Of a stretch of 64,000 nt of DNA, positions 13,193 to 23,835 are shown in pieces. Under the pieces are notes generated by a model. It was given only the letters and a program-made list of their open reading frames with translations. It was not told the DNA's origin and did no database searches. The first letter of the stretch is position 1. Each line of letters starts with the position of its first letter. The translations under genes were made by a program, and so were the position numbers. Source of the DNA: Eledone cirrhosa (taxonomy: Eukaryota); contig OZ024744.1 of assembly GCA_964016885.1 (NCBI GenBank), positions 26,164,001-26,228,000 on the forward strand, given 5' to 3'.

Positions 13193-13440
13193 GTAAAGGG
13201 TTAATGCTTATACATTTTTATATATGTATATAAAATATTCTTATCAGTAACAAATGCGATAATGCTACATGAAAAATATTCACACAATCACACAAATACA
13301 TGTTCACAAATATGCACCACACATAAACAGATAGATTTGCAAGCACACACACAATCACGTATAATCAGACACACACACAATCACGTATAATCAGACACAC
13401 ACACAATCACGTATAATCAGACACACACACACACACACAG

Positions 13441-13584
<144 letters not shown>

Positions 13585-13842
13585 ATATATTGGTAAACGG
13601 AAAAGAAAATGCTGACAAATTATTCACAGTGAAAAATAGTTTAATTAGGAATAAGTGAAAATTAGTAATAGTATTGGTTAGTATTCAGTTTTGGTTTTAA
13701 AACCAAAACTGAATACTAACCAATACTATTACTAATTTTCACTTATTCCTAATTAAACTATTTATCACTGTGAATAATTTGTCAGCATTTTCTTTTCCGT
13801 TTACCAATATATTATAACTCGTGTGTTACACCTCTATTCTTT

Positions 13843-13846
<4 letters not shown>
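13585..13846. mobile_element. Near-perfect palindrome of about 225 bp with about 35-nt tail, inserted in (TA)n
   Basis: TGGTAAACGGAAAAG...GGTTTT|AAAACC...CTTTTCCGTTTACCA; same family as 37170-38860. Confidence 0.9.
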
Positions 13847-13893
<47 letters not shown>

Positions 13894-14146
13894 TTATTTA
13901 TAGCAGGAAAATATACAACCAGCATTCTTGAAAAGGTATTTTATTTGATTATAATTGTTTCAGCGGACAAAATCACAATTCGATCCACAAGATTGAGAAA
14001 TATCAATATAGGAATCAATAACTCTAGTTGATATTAAAATCGAACTGTGGTCGGACTTCATATTCAGAACGTAAAATATGAATTCAAGAAATACATGTCA
14101 CTTATGGAGGAAACTAGAAACAACATGAAACACGTACCAGACCCCT

Positions 14147-14355
14147 TAACAACAGAAGAAACATGTGGGAGACAACGTAACAATAGAAGAAACATGTGGG
14201 AGACAACGTAACAGCAGAAGAAACATGTGGGAGACAACATAACAACAGAAGAACCATGTGGGAGACAACGTAAGAACAGAAGAAACATGTGGGATACAAC
14301 GTAACAACAGGAGAACCATGTGGGAGACAACGTAACAACAGATGAACCATGTGGG
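14147..14355. repeat. 31-bp tandem repeat (about 6.5 units)
   Basis: Unit AACAACAGAAGAAACATGTGGGAGACAACGT. Confidence 0.9.
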
Positions 14356-14434
14356 ATGGTTGAAACATTATTTTGAGAAATGGGCTGAGCTCCATAATTT
14401 TAGTGGATTGCCATAACCTCAAACACATTTAAAG

Positions 14435-15135
14435 TTGTTGTTGTTGTTGTTGTTGTTGTTCTTCTTCTTCTTCTTCTTCTTCTTCTTCTTCTTCTTCTTC
14501 TTCTTCTTCTTCTTCTTCTTCTTCTTCTTCTTCTTCTTCTTCTTCTTCTTCACCCACTTATTAACTGAGAGGGTCGTGGGGCCAGAGTCCTCAAGCACTC
14601 CTTCCAGCAGGTCCTGTCAGAAGCAACCGTCTCCAACTGATCCGGCTGTATCCCCAAGTTTGACCAGCCAAGCTCATGGATGTCTTGCTTGGTGTCTACT
14701 CCTGGGTCTCCTAAGTGTTGGTTTTGCCTGTAAAATCTGTCCAGCGAATCTTTTCTGAGACATTCTAACCTCATGTCCATAGTATCGGAACTGTGATCTT
14801 TCAATTCGGAGAAATAGCGGCTCTACCTGGAGTGACACTCTGATCTCTGAACTACACATTCTATCAAGTAAGGTTACTCGAAAGACACTTCAGAGGAACC
14901 CCATTTCGGCCGCTTGTATTGCGGATGGTATTCTTTCGGTCATTAGCCAATATTCATGACCACATTTAAGGGTTAGCCCGAAAACCGAATTGAAGATAGC
15001 GAGTCTGGCCGTTACGCCTACTGCCATTCTTTTGATTACCGAATGCTGAAGCTGGCTCGATACTGCACCAGCTTTTGCAATTCGTGCACTTATTTCGTCC
15101 TCCTGCCTTCCACCACTCGTAAACACGGCCCCATC
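14435..15135 (-). mobile_element. RTE-clade LINE 3' fragment with (GAA)n/(CAA)n tail
   Basis: EISARIAKA, IQAAEMGFL, IERSQFRYYGHEVRM, RRPRSR motifs typical of the RTE C-terminus. Confidence 0.85.
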
Positions 15136-16481
15136 TTTTAAAATAGAAGCTCACATTATATTGCCGTTCATAGCCGGGTCTTTTTTTCAAGGAAGCCTTT
15201 AACAACCATTGACCCTCAACGAAGCTCGAGTGTGACCCACAATTGAGTCGTGTCCTCACATCAGAGACGATACTGTTGTTACCCACTAATACATTATTGA
15301 TCACATCAAAAATATACCATTACTCAATTTTTTTCTACATATTTTATAGTGGTCCCTACTCATAAAAGCCAACTGTTTGGTATCATGCCACGTACACCCA
15401 ACACCTTGTCTCTCCTCCTCACGACATCTATATTGTTTATAAGTCGCCAGATCTCACACTATCCGCTACGCCATTTCCCTTCTGTCCAGCCATTTCTACT
15501 TCCGGGACTCCCGCCCTTCTCATGTTTTCTACTTCCGGGGTTCCCCCACCTTATCTGTTTCTGTCGTCGTCGAATTACACCAGTTTAACCAGAACATTAA
15601 CGGCATCAATCCTCATTGTCTCAGGCAGCTTGCACACCTGGCCTCAGGCTAAACATCTTCAAACAAGTTGAAGTCAATTTCACTGTTCCACTACCAGTAA
15701 TACACTAAGTTTGATATACTCGTCTATATTTCTCTCTTCAAATTAGGGAGCTTGTGCGTACATTAGATAATAGTTAACTGTCGCGTCTCCAAATCCTAGA
15801 GATTAGGTTCATTTTGTCATATTCATTCTCACGAAGCCCTAATTCAAATATTGTTCGACAACAGAGCAGAAAATAGCCCCCCTTTATGTCCTTCATTTCT
15901 TTTTTAGTGGGAGGAAGGGAGAGGAAGAGTTTAGGAAGGTCAGGTAGTCCCCGTAATTCTTAGTTAAGTGAAAGGTCATGTAGTCCCGGTAATGCTTAAG
16001 TGCAACAAGCCATTGAAACTGCTGTCAAACACTTCACAAAGGAAATTAAAAGGCACTCAAAATAAAATTTAAATACATTTTGTTCCAACTTGGTGCATTA
16101 ACTGCATTGCTTGAAGGTGATAAATGGTAAAATTTATTGCTAGATTCGCCGGCTGCACTACATCTCTGAGATTAGAAATAAAATATATCTTTGTAACTAC
16201 CTGTGACACACTATACTTATCTCGCTGGTCTCAGGTAAACTTGCAGTGAATATCCGACAATAAGAGATCTCTTAGAAAGCTGCCACTAAAATGCAGTTCC
16301 AAATAATTACCTTTCTGAATATTTCTCATTATTTATTTATTTATTCGATTTAAACGACCGTATAGAGCTAGTAAGCCATGATAGACTAGGGAAATTATCG
16401 ATTACTCCTACGGTTGGTAATCAAAAACAGCTAGTGAGCCAATAAAAAAGAAAAGAAAAAAAAAAAACAACTAAAAACTAA

Positions 16482-16535
<54 letters not shown>

Positions 16536-16539
<4 letters not shown>

Positions 16540-17950
16540 GTGGAGTCATTGTGATGAAGAGGGGTAGGTTGAGCAGAAGTAACGGGATCCAGATACCAAC
16601 AGGTGAGATGATAAAGGAAGTTGACTCTGAGGAAGGATACAAGTATTTGGGCGTTCTGGAGGCTGATGGCATAACGAACAAAAAAATGAAGGAATTGTTA
16701 AGAACTGAATACATTCGAAGAGTCAGGAGCGTATTGAAGTCACATCTGAACAGCAGAAATGCCATAAGCGCAGTAAATTCCCGAGCTGTGTCTATTATTA
16801 GGTACAGTGCGGGAATTCTGAGATGGAATGTTGCTGAACAAAAAGAAATGGATAGGAAGACTAGGAAGCTATTGACTATCTACAACATGTTCCACAAGAG
16901 GAGTGATGTCGATAGACTCTACCTAAGGAGATCTGAGGGTGGAAGAGGTCTTATCAGCATAGAGGACTGTGTTCAGATGGAGAAAAACAACCCATACAAA
17001 TACGTGACCTATAGTAAGGAGCCAATGCTCAGAACTGTACTGAAGGAGGGGACAGTAGGCCAGGGGATGTCCAAGGAGCAAATAACATCAAGGAGGAAGA
17101 GCAGCCTTAAGGGAAAATCCCTTCACAGTACCTTCTTTGAGAAAACTGAATTTAGAGATCCACAGATATGGAACTGGTTGAGAAGAGGAGACCTCAAAAA
17201 GGCTACAGAAGGAATGCTAATGGCTGCGCAGGAGCAGGCCCTCAAAACGAAGTGGTTGAAGCACCATATTTACAAGGAGGAGGCTAGCCCACTGTGCAGG
17301 ATCTGTGGAGAGAGAGAGGAGACTGTGGCTCACATTGTGTCCGAGTGTAAACACCTAGCCCAGACCCACTATAAGGGCTGGAGACACGATATGATGGGCA
17401 GGGTGATCCACTGGCACCTGTGCAAAGTAAGCAATTTACCACACTCTGAGAAATGGTATGAGCATAGGCCAGAGGCGGTGATGGAGAACAATCAGGTGAA
17501 GGTACTGTGGGATTTTAGGATACAGACGGACAAAAAACTGGAACACAATAGACCTGACCTGGTGGTTGTGGACAAAGAAAAAAGATCGTGTCTGATTGTG
17601 GATGTGGCCTGCCCTTTCGACACGAGAGTGCAAGAGAAGGAGAGGGAGAGAATTAACCGATACCAGGACCTAAAGTGGGAGGTAAAAAGGATTTGGAACT
17701 GCCATGAAGTCAAAGTGATCCCGATTGTCATAGGCGCACTGGGGACTATCTCCAAAAGTTTCCAGGGATGGTTAAAGAAAATCGGCCCCGTCACGCTTTT
17801 TGGAACGCTTCAAAAGGCATGCTTGCTTGGAACAGCAAGAACCCTCCAATACGTCCTGAATATCTGAGGCTGCAGGTAGTGGCTTGATATTCATTCCAAC
17901 GGACTTTCCAGTTAACCAACATCAATGACTGAGATTCAAGGAATAACAAC
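16536..17950 (+). mobile_element. R4/Dong-clade non-LTR element, 5'-truncated, flanked by (TAA)n
   Basis: Open ORF 16551-17867 with YKYLG, CRICG..ETVAHIVSEC, RHD, PD..D restriction-like endonuclease. Confidence 0.92.
16551..17867 (+). CDS. RT thumb, CCHC and RLE endonuclease portion of an R4/Dong polyprotein
   Basis: LWDFRIQTD..HNRPDLVV..IVDVACPFD..RYQDL..VIPIVIGALG. Confidence 0.88.
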   Translation: MMKRGRLSRSNGIQIPTGEMIKEVDSEEGYKYLGVLEADGITNKKMKELLRTEYIRRVRSVLKSHLNSRNAISAVNSRAVSIIRYSAGILRWNVAEQKEMDRKTRKLLTIYNMFHKRSDVDRLYLRRSEGGRGLISIEDCVQMEKNNPYKYVTYSKEPMLRTVLKEGTVGQGMSKEQITSRRKSSLKGKSLHSTFFEKTEFRDPQIWNWLRRGDLKKATEGMLMAAQEQALKTKWLKHHIYKEEASPLCRICGEREETVAHIVSECKHLAQTHYKGWRHDMMGRVIHWHLCKVSNLPHSEKWYEHRPEAVMENNQVKVLWDFRIQTDKKLEHNRPDLVVVDKEKRSCLIVDVACPFDTRVQEKERERINRYQDLKWEVKRIWNCHEVKVIPIVIGALGTISKSFQGWLKKIGPVTLFGTLQKACLLGTARTLQYVLNI

Positions 17951-18009
<59 letters not shown>

Positions 18010-18012
<3 letters not shown>

Positions 18013-18371
18013 TTGAGCAAGTATAAGGACCTGGAGATAGAAATTGGAAACATGTGGAAATTTTGAGAACTAAAACAATACCAGTGGTTGTAGGCGCTCT
18101 AGGAATGATACCTAAGGGGTCTAATGATTACTTATCGCAAATCCCAGGAAACCCGCGTATAGGAGAAATGCAAAAAATAGTATTAATGGGAACTGCCCAT
18201 ATACTAAGGTAGATTCTGTCAATATAAGTACATCATAAGTCTAAACACCTAATGATGCATGTGTGAGTATGTATGTTCTTTCTTGAACATGGCGAACCTT
18301 GTTGTCTCTTGAGGTCACTGGTTGTGACTTGGTGATAACTCGTATGAGCCTAAAGCAAGATAAATGCAGCC

Positions 18372-18372
<1 letters not shown>
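18010..18372 (+). mobile_element. 3' fragment of a second R4/Dong family between (TAA)n tracts
   Basis: Translates with disruptions to KLSKYKDLEIEI..TIPVVVGALGMI..QKIVLMGTAHILR. Confidence 0.8.
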
Positions 18373-18420
<48 letters not shown>

Positions 18421-18422
<2 letters not shown>

Positions 18423-18947
18423 CTTTCTTTATTAACCACAAGGGTTTACATCAAGTAGACATTAAGGACAGTACAGGACAATACAAGACGGTACAAATGG
18501 GCATTTCTGCGTGTAAAAAAAAACAGAGGATGTAATAAAAAAAATAACAACGAAAAATTCCCCAATAGGGTGGAGACATCCGAGGGACATTTGTGGAGAA
18601 AGCCCATTAAAAGGCCATAGTGACCCTGACCACCAGAGCAAGTGCCCTCTGCCAGTTTTCCACCTTTAATTTACAGACACATACTCAGAGTAGGCCCATT
18701 CACTCGGGCTATACTTGCTTCTCTCACCCATCTTTCAACAAAACGCTGGGAAGAGAGCACTTCCCTCTCTTCCCTGATTTTCCTTTTCAAATGAAATTTG
18801 AAAAAGTTAATCAGGGCATCACCGAAGAGGTAAGTGCTCGTCTTCAGCCCTTTCAAACGTGTCCACCATACTATCTCTTTCGCCATGGCCACCAGAGAGA
18901 TAAAAACTGCATGCCCTTCCCGGCTAAAGGAAGAGGGCGGGGCAATC
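18421..18947 (-). mobile_element. Tx1 3' fragment
   Basis: Highly similar to 20139-20658. Confidence 0.92.
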
Positions 18948-20078
18948 TGAAATGGAATGTTGCTGAACAAAAAGAAATGGATAGGAAGACTAGGAAGCTA
19001 TTGACTATCTACAACATGGTACACAAGAGGAATGATGTCGATAAACTCTACTTAAGGAGATCTGAGGATGGAAGAGGTCTTATCAGCATAGAGGATTGTG
19101 TTCAGATGGAAAAAAAACAACCTACACAAATACGTGACTAATAGTAGGGAGCCAATGCTCAGAATTGTACTGAAGGAGAGGACAATACACCGGGGGATGT
19201 CCAAGGAGGAAATAACAACAAGGAGAAAGAGCAACCTTCATGAAAAATCCCTTCATAGTACCTTCTTTGAGAAAACTGAATTCAGAGATCCACAGACATG
19301 GAACTGGTTGAAAAGAGGAGACCTTAAAAAGGCTACAGAAGGAATGTTAATGGCTGCGCAAGAGCAGGCCCTCAAAACGAAGTGGCTGAAACACCATATT
19401 TACATGGAGGAGGCAAGCCCACTGTGCAGGATCTGTGGAGAGAGAGAGAGAGGAGACTGTGGCTCACATTATATCCGAGTGTAAACACCTAGCCCAGACT
19501 CACTATAGTGGCTAGAGACACGATGTGATGGGCAGGGTGATCCACTGGCACCTATGCAAAGTAAACAATTTACCACATTCTGAGAAGTGGTATGAGCATA
19601 AGCCAGAGTCGGTGATAGGAAACGATCAAGTGAAGGTGCTGTGGGATTTTAGGATACAGACGGACGAGAAACTGGAAAACAATGGACTCGACCTGGTGGT
19701 TTTGGACAAGGAAAAAAGATTGTGCCTGATTGTGTATGTGGCCTGCCCATTCGACACGAGAGTGCAAGAGAAAGAGAGGGAGAAAATTAACCGATACCAG
19801 GACTTAAAGTGGGAGGTAAAAAGGATTTGGAACTGCCATGAAGTCAAAGTGGTCCCGATTATCATAGGCGCACTAGGTACTATCTCAAAAAGTTTCCAGG
19901 GATGGTTAAAGAAAATTGGCCCCGACCCGCTTTTTGGAACACTTCAAAAGGCATGCTTGCTGGGAACAGCAAGAACCCTCCGATACGTCCTGAATATCTG
20001 ACGCTGCAGGTAGTGGCTTGATATTCATTTCAACAAACTTTCCAGTTAACTAACATCAATGACTGAGACTCAAAGAAC

Positions 20079-20079
<1 letters not shown>
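18948..20079 (+). mobile_element. R4/Dong 3' fragment, degenerate
   Basis: Similar to 16818-17945 with frameshifts and stops; (TAA)n tail. Confidence 0.92.
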
Positions 20080-20139
<60 letters not shown>

Positions 20140-20381
20140 TTTTCTTTATTAACCACAAGGGTTCACATAAAGTAGACATTAAGGACAGTACAGGACAATA
20201 CAGGACGGTACAAATGGGCATTTCTGCGTGTAAATAAACAGAGGTTGAAATAAAATAACAAAGAAAAATTCCCCAATAGGGGGGAGACTTCCAAGGGACA
20301 TTTGTGGAGAAAGCCCATTAAAAGACCACAGTGGCCCTGACCACCAGGGCAAGTGCCCTCTCCCAGTTTTCCACCTTTAAT

Positions 20382-23300
20382 TTACAGACACATACTCAGA
20401 GAAGGCCCATTCATTCGGGCCATACTTGCTTCTCTCACCCATCTTTCAACAAAATGCTGGGAAGAGAGCACTTCCCTCTCTACCCTGATTTTCCTTTTCA
20501 AATGAAATTTGAAAAAGTTAATCAGGGCATCACCGAAGAGGTAAGTGCTCGTCTTCAGCCCTTTCAAACGTGTCCACCATACTATCTCTTTCGCCATGGC
20601 CACCAGACAGATAAAAACTGCCTGCCCTTCCAGGCTAGAGGAAGGGGGCGGGGCAATCCTCACGATGGACTCAGCTGATAGCTGGATCAGTCCTACACGT
20701 GACAGCAGGTGTTCGACATAAACCCACAAGTCAGCAATGCTCGGACACTGGACGAGTGCGTGCAGGACGGTTTCGTCGCCCTGCGCGCATCTCGGACATG
20801 CCCGGCTGACGGCACCTCCATGCCTGTAGAGTTTATCCCGAACTGGCAAAGCTCCTCGGTAGCACTGCCAGGCCAGGGATTTCTGGAAGTTGTCCATAGG
20901 CCCCGGCCCGAAAGTCCTTCCGAACAGATTGGCTAGTTGATTTTCGTCGACGCCTAGAGTTTCTCCAAGTACGTCGTCGCTCTTCCCCTCCACTAATCCC
21001 CTATAGAACGCCAAGGTGGAGTTTCCACCGATCACATTGCCCGATTGGTCGAGGGCTGTGAGCGCCTGAAGACATTCCAGTCTCCAAGCGCTCCCTCTCG
21101 GTCTTCGCTTGACCCAGGACTGCAGCTCCGTCAAGGAGACGAGCTGGGGGAAAACGTGTCTTGCAAACGGCGACCACACCTGATCACCGTCGAGGAAGAG
21201 GTGGAGATGTCGTAGCCTGAGCGCGTGTCTGCGCATCATCAGCCACGGCATGCCCAGCCCTCCACGTAGCGGGTGTTGACAGCAGATGGACCGCCTGACC
21301 ATCGGAGCGCGTCCCTTCCACAAGAAGCGAAAGAGCAAACGCTCCAGCGCAGTCAGGCGGGGCTTAGGACAAGGTACGACGGTCAGGCGGTAGTAGATGA
21401 CAGATGCGATGTACGCATTCGCCTCCTCCGCTCGACCTTTCAGGGATAGCTTCCTCTCGGCCCATTTCTGGGTGAGAGAAGCCACCCTGCTCGTCACCTC
21501 GTCCCAGTTTTTGTCCGTCTGGAGGTCTAGACCGAACCAGACCCCTAGCAATTTAACCGGTCCGTCCGTCCAGCGCCCGACGACGCTGTTGGACGGCATG
21601 GACCTGCCTCTCCAGGTGCCGAGCTGCAGGCCCACTGACTTTTCCTGGTTGATCATTGCTCCTGTCACCGCTTCGTATTCTCTTAGTGTAGTGCCGATCG
21701 CCTCGATGTGTTTGGCGTTCGACACCACTACGGTGACATCGTCCGCATATGCTGACACGGATCTTCCGCATCCTAGTTCGCGCGGGACCCCCCTCAACGT
21801 CTCCAGTTTGTGCAGTAATGGCTCGAGAGTCAATACGTACAATAGGGACGAGAGGGGACATCCTTGGCGGACCGAGCGCATGATGTTGAACGGTTCCGAA
21901 AGGTGACCGTTCACTCTCACTACAGAGCAGATGTCGCTGTGCATGGCAGCGATCCAGCCTCTGAAGACGGGCCCAAAGCCAGCCGCCCTCAGGACTGCCG
22001 CTAGGTAACGATGGTCGACCCTATCGAAGGCTTTCGACTGATCTAAATTGATCAAAGACCCACCCGTGCCAGGTTCCTTAGCTACCCTCTCTACGATGTA
22101 TCGCATGAGGTGGAGGTTGTCGTGGATGGATCTGTCGGGAATGGCGCATGTCTGTGCCTCTCCCACCAGACCACCAACGACAAGCGCCAACCTCTTTGCT
22201 AGCACCTTGGCCAAAATCTTGAACTCTGTGTTTAGCAGAGTTATGGGCCTAAAATTATCTATGTTATCCCCCTTGTTCGGATCCTTTCTCAGCAGCGCCA
22301 CCGCTCCTCGGCTCACAGAGCTGGGAATTCTCCCGTTCTGTTGCCAGTTGCAGTAGACGTCCGCCAAGAGGCCTCCGAATAAGTTTGGCATTTGTACGTA
22401 AAGTTCATAGGGCAGACCATCCAAACCAGGCGATTTGCCCCTTGTGCAACTAGTCATTGCATCCCGTACTTCAGCGGTTGTTATCGGCTTTTCGCAACAC
22501 TCCGCCTCAGTGGCCGAAAGCCGCGGCAGTCCGTCGAGGTAGACACTAAAGTCCATCCCTCGATCCGGCCCGCCACTGCCCCCGAACAGTTGAGCGAAGT
22601 GTCGCTGAAAAGCTTCACACATTTGCCCGGGATCGAGTAGCATGCGCCCGTCGTGGTCCACCAAAGACCGGATCGTGGCTTTGTTGCCACGACGCGCCTC
22701 CGCCACTCGGGCCCATTGAACGGCTTTCGTCCCCTCATGTCTGAGAGCACGCACCCTAGCTCTGACAACGCAGCCTTCGTGCTTTGCATTGAAGAATTGG
22801 TCAAGGGCCAATTTCGCCGCAAGTACGTCGGTCGCGATGCCTTTGCTAAGCGCCTCATCTAATTTTCTAACTAATTCTCCCTCTGCTCTATTTTTCTCTA
22901 TTGCTAAAGTCTTACTAAACCTAATGGACTCTATTCTAATTGCTCTTTTCAGAGCAAACCACCACTTGTTGTTGACGATGGCCCCCGTCAACGCCCGCTT
23001 AACTAGTTCGCTAATCCGGTCCCTGTAGGCCTTGCGCGCTGGTAAGGACGCGTTTAGCTTCCAGTAGCCGGGTCCTCGTCTATGAAGCCTATCTAAGTCA
23101 AGCACACAGATCACGAATTTGTGGTCCGTGTAGCTGACTATCTTGAATTGTGGACAGCCTATGCTAGACCTATCTATTTCCCTACAAAATACTCTATCTA
23201 GATATGATCTGGATGACCCTATGCGATTTGTCCAAGTCCACATTGGTAGATTCGGGAAATCCATTCGGTACCTGTCAGACAGTTCAAAACGTCTGAGCAG

Positions 23301-23801
23301 GTTGGTGAGACTCTTGCACCCTCCTTCCCTATCCACTAATCCCACACAATCCCAGCGTGCATCTAAGATCCCGTTCCAGTCGCCCACTAACACTAAAGAG
23401 CGGGACGTTCCTAGAAAGGTCTCCAGACGCCGGAAGAAATCAGGCCGCCCTGCTCCTGTCGGGGCATAGACGGCCACTAACCTGAAAGCTTGCCCGTCTC
23501 CGCTGGTCACGTCCAGCACCACCAACTTACCTTCTGGGTCCAGGAAGATGGCCCGTATGGCAAGATCCAAACCTCTCCGAAAAAGCACAGCAACTCCTCC
23601 CCCCGATCCCGGACGGCTGGGAGATGCGTACACATCGTAGCCGCCGAAGATCGGTGCGAAAGCCTGTGCTTCGGAGATTCTGGTCTCGCTGATGGCCACT
23701 ACATCTATGTTTAGTGACCTGAGGTCGTTGAGCAGGTGGCCCTGCTTCCATGACGACCCCAAGCCACGCGCATTTATGCTGCCTATTCTGAGTGAGGTCA
23801 T
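20382..23801 (-). CDS. Tx1 ORF2: AP endonuclease, reverse transcriptase and zinc finger (1139 aa)
   Basis: SINARGL, ISET, VYAP, GDWN, LDR, TDH, GYWKLN, SPGLDGL, FRPITLLN, LDQSKAFDRV, VRQGCPLS, YADD, CPRC..ETVLHALVQC. Confidence 0.97.
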   Translation of the reverse strand: MTSLRIGSINARGLGSSWKQGHLLNDLRSLNIDVVAISETRISEAQAFAPIFGGYDVYASPSRPGSGGGVAVLFRRGLDLAIRAIFLDPEGKLVVLDVTSGDGQAFRLVAVYAPTGAGRPDFFRRLETFLGTSRSLVLVGDWNGILDARWDCVGLVDREGGCKSLTNLLRRFELSDRYRMDFPNLPMWTWTNRIGSSRSYLDRVFCREIDRSSIGCPQFKIVSYTDHKFVICVLDLDRLHRRGPGYWKLNASLPARKAYRDRISELVKRALTGAIVNNKWWFALKRAIRIESIRFSKTLAIEKNRAEGELVRKLDEALSKGIATDVLAAKLALDQFFNAKHEGCVVRARVRALRHEGTKAVQWARVAEARRGNKATIRSLVDHDGRMLLDPGQMCEAFQRHFAQLFGGSGGPDRGMDFSVYLDGLPRLSATEAECCEKPITTAEVRDAMTSCTRGKSPGLDGLPYELYVQMPNLFGGLLADVYCNWQQNGRIPSSVSRGAVALLRKDPNKGDNIDNFRPITLLNTEFKILAKVLAKRLALVVGGLVGEAQTCAIPDRSIHDNLHLMRYIVERVAKEPGTGGSLINLDQSKAFDRVDHRYLAAVLRAAGFGPVFRGWIAAMHSDICSVVRVNGHLSEPFNIMRSVRQGCPLSSLLYVLTLEPLLHKLETLRGVPRELGCGRSVSAYADDVTVVVSNAKHIEAIGTTLREYEAVTGAMINQEKSVGLQLGTWRGRSMPSNSVVGRWTDGPVKLLGVWFGLDLQTDKNWDEVTSRVASLTQKWAERKLSLKGRAEEANAYIASVIYYRLTVVPCPKPRLTALERLLFRFLWKGRAPMVRRSICCQHPLRGGLGMPWLMMRRHALRLRHLHLFLDGDQVWSPFARHVFPQLVSLTELQSWVKRRPRGSAWRLECLQALTALDQSGNVIGGNSTLAFYRGLVEGKSDDVLGETLGVDENQLANLFGRTFGPGPMDNFQKSLAWQCYRGALPVRDKLYRHGGAVSRACPRCAQGDETVLHALVQCPSIADLWVYVEHLLSRVGLIQLSAESIVRIAPPPSSSLEGQAVFICLVAMAKEIVWWTRLKGLKTSTYLFGDALINFFKFHLKRKIRVEREVLSSQHFVERWVREASMARMNGPSLSMCL

Positions 23802-23835
23802 GTTGAAAAGGAGTGGAAAAGATGGGAAAGACCAC

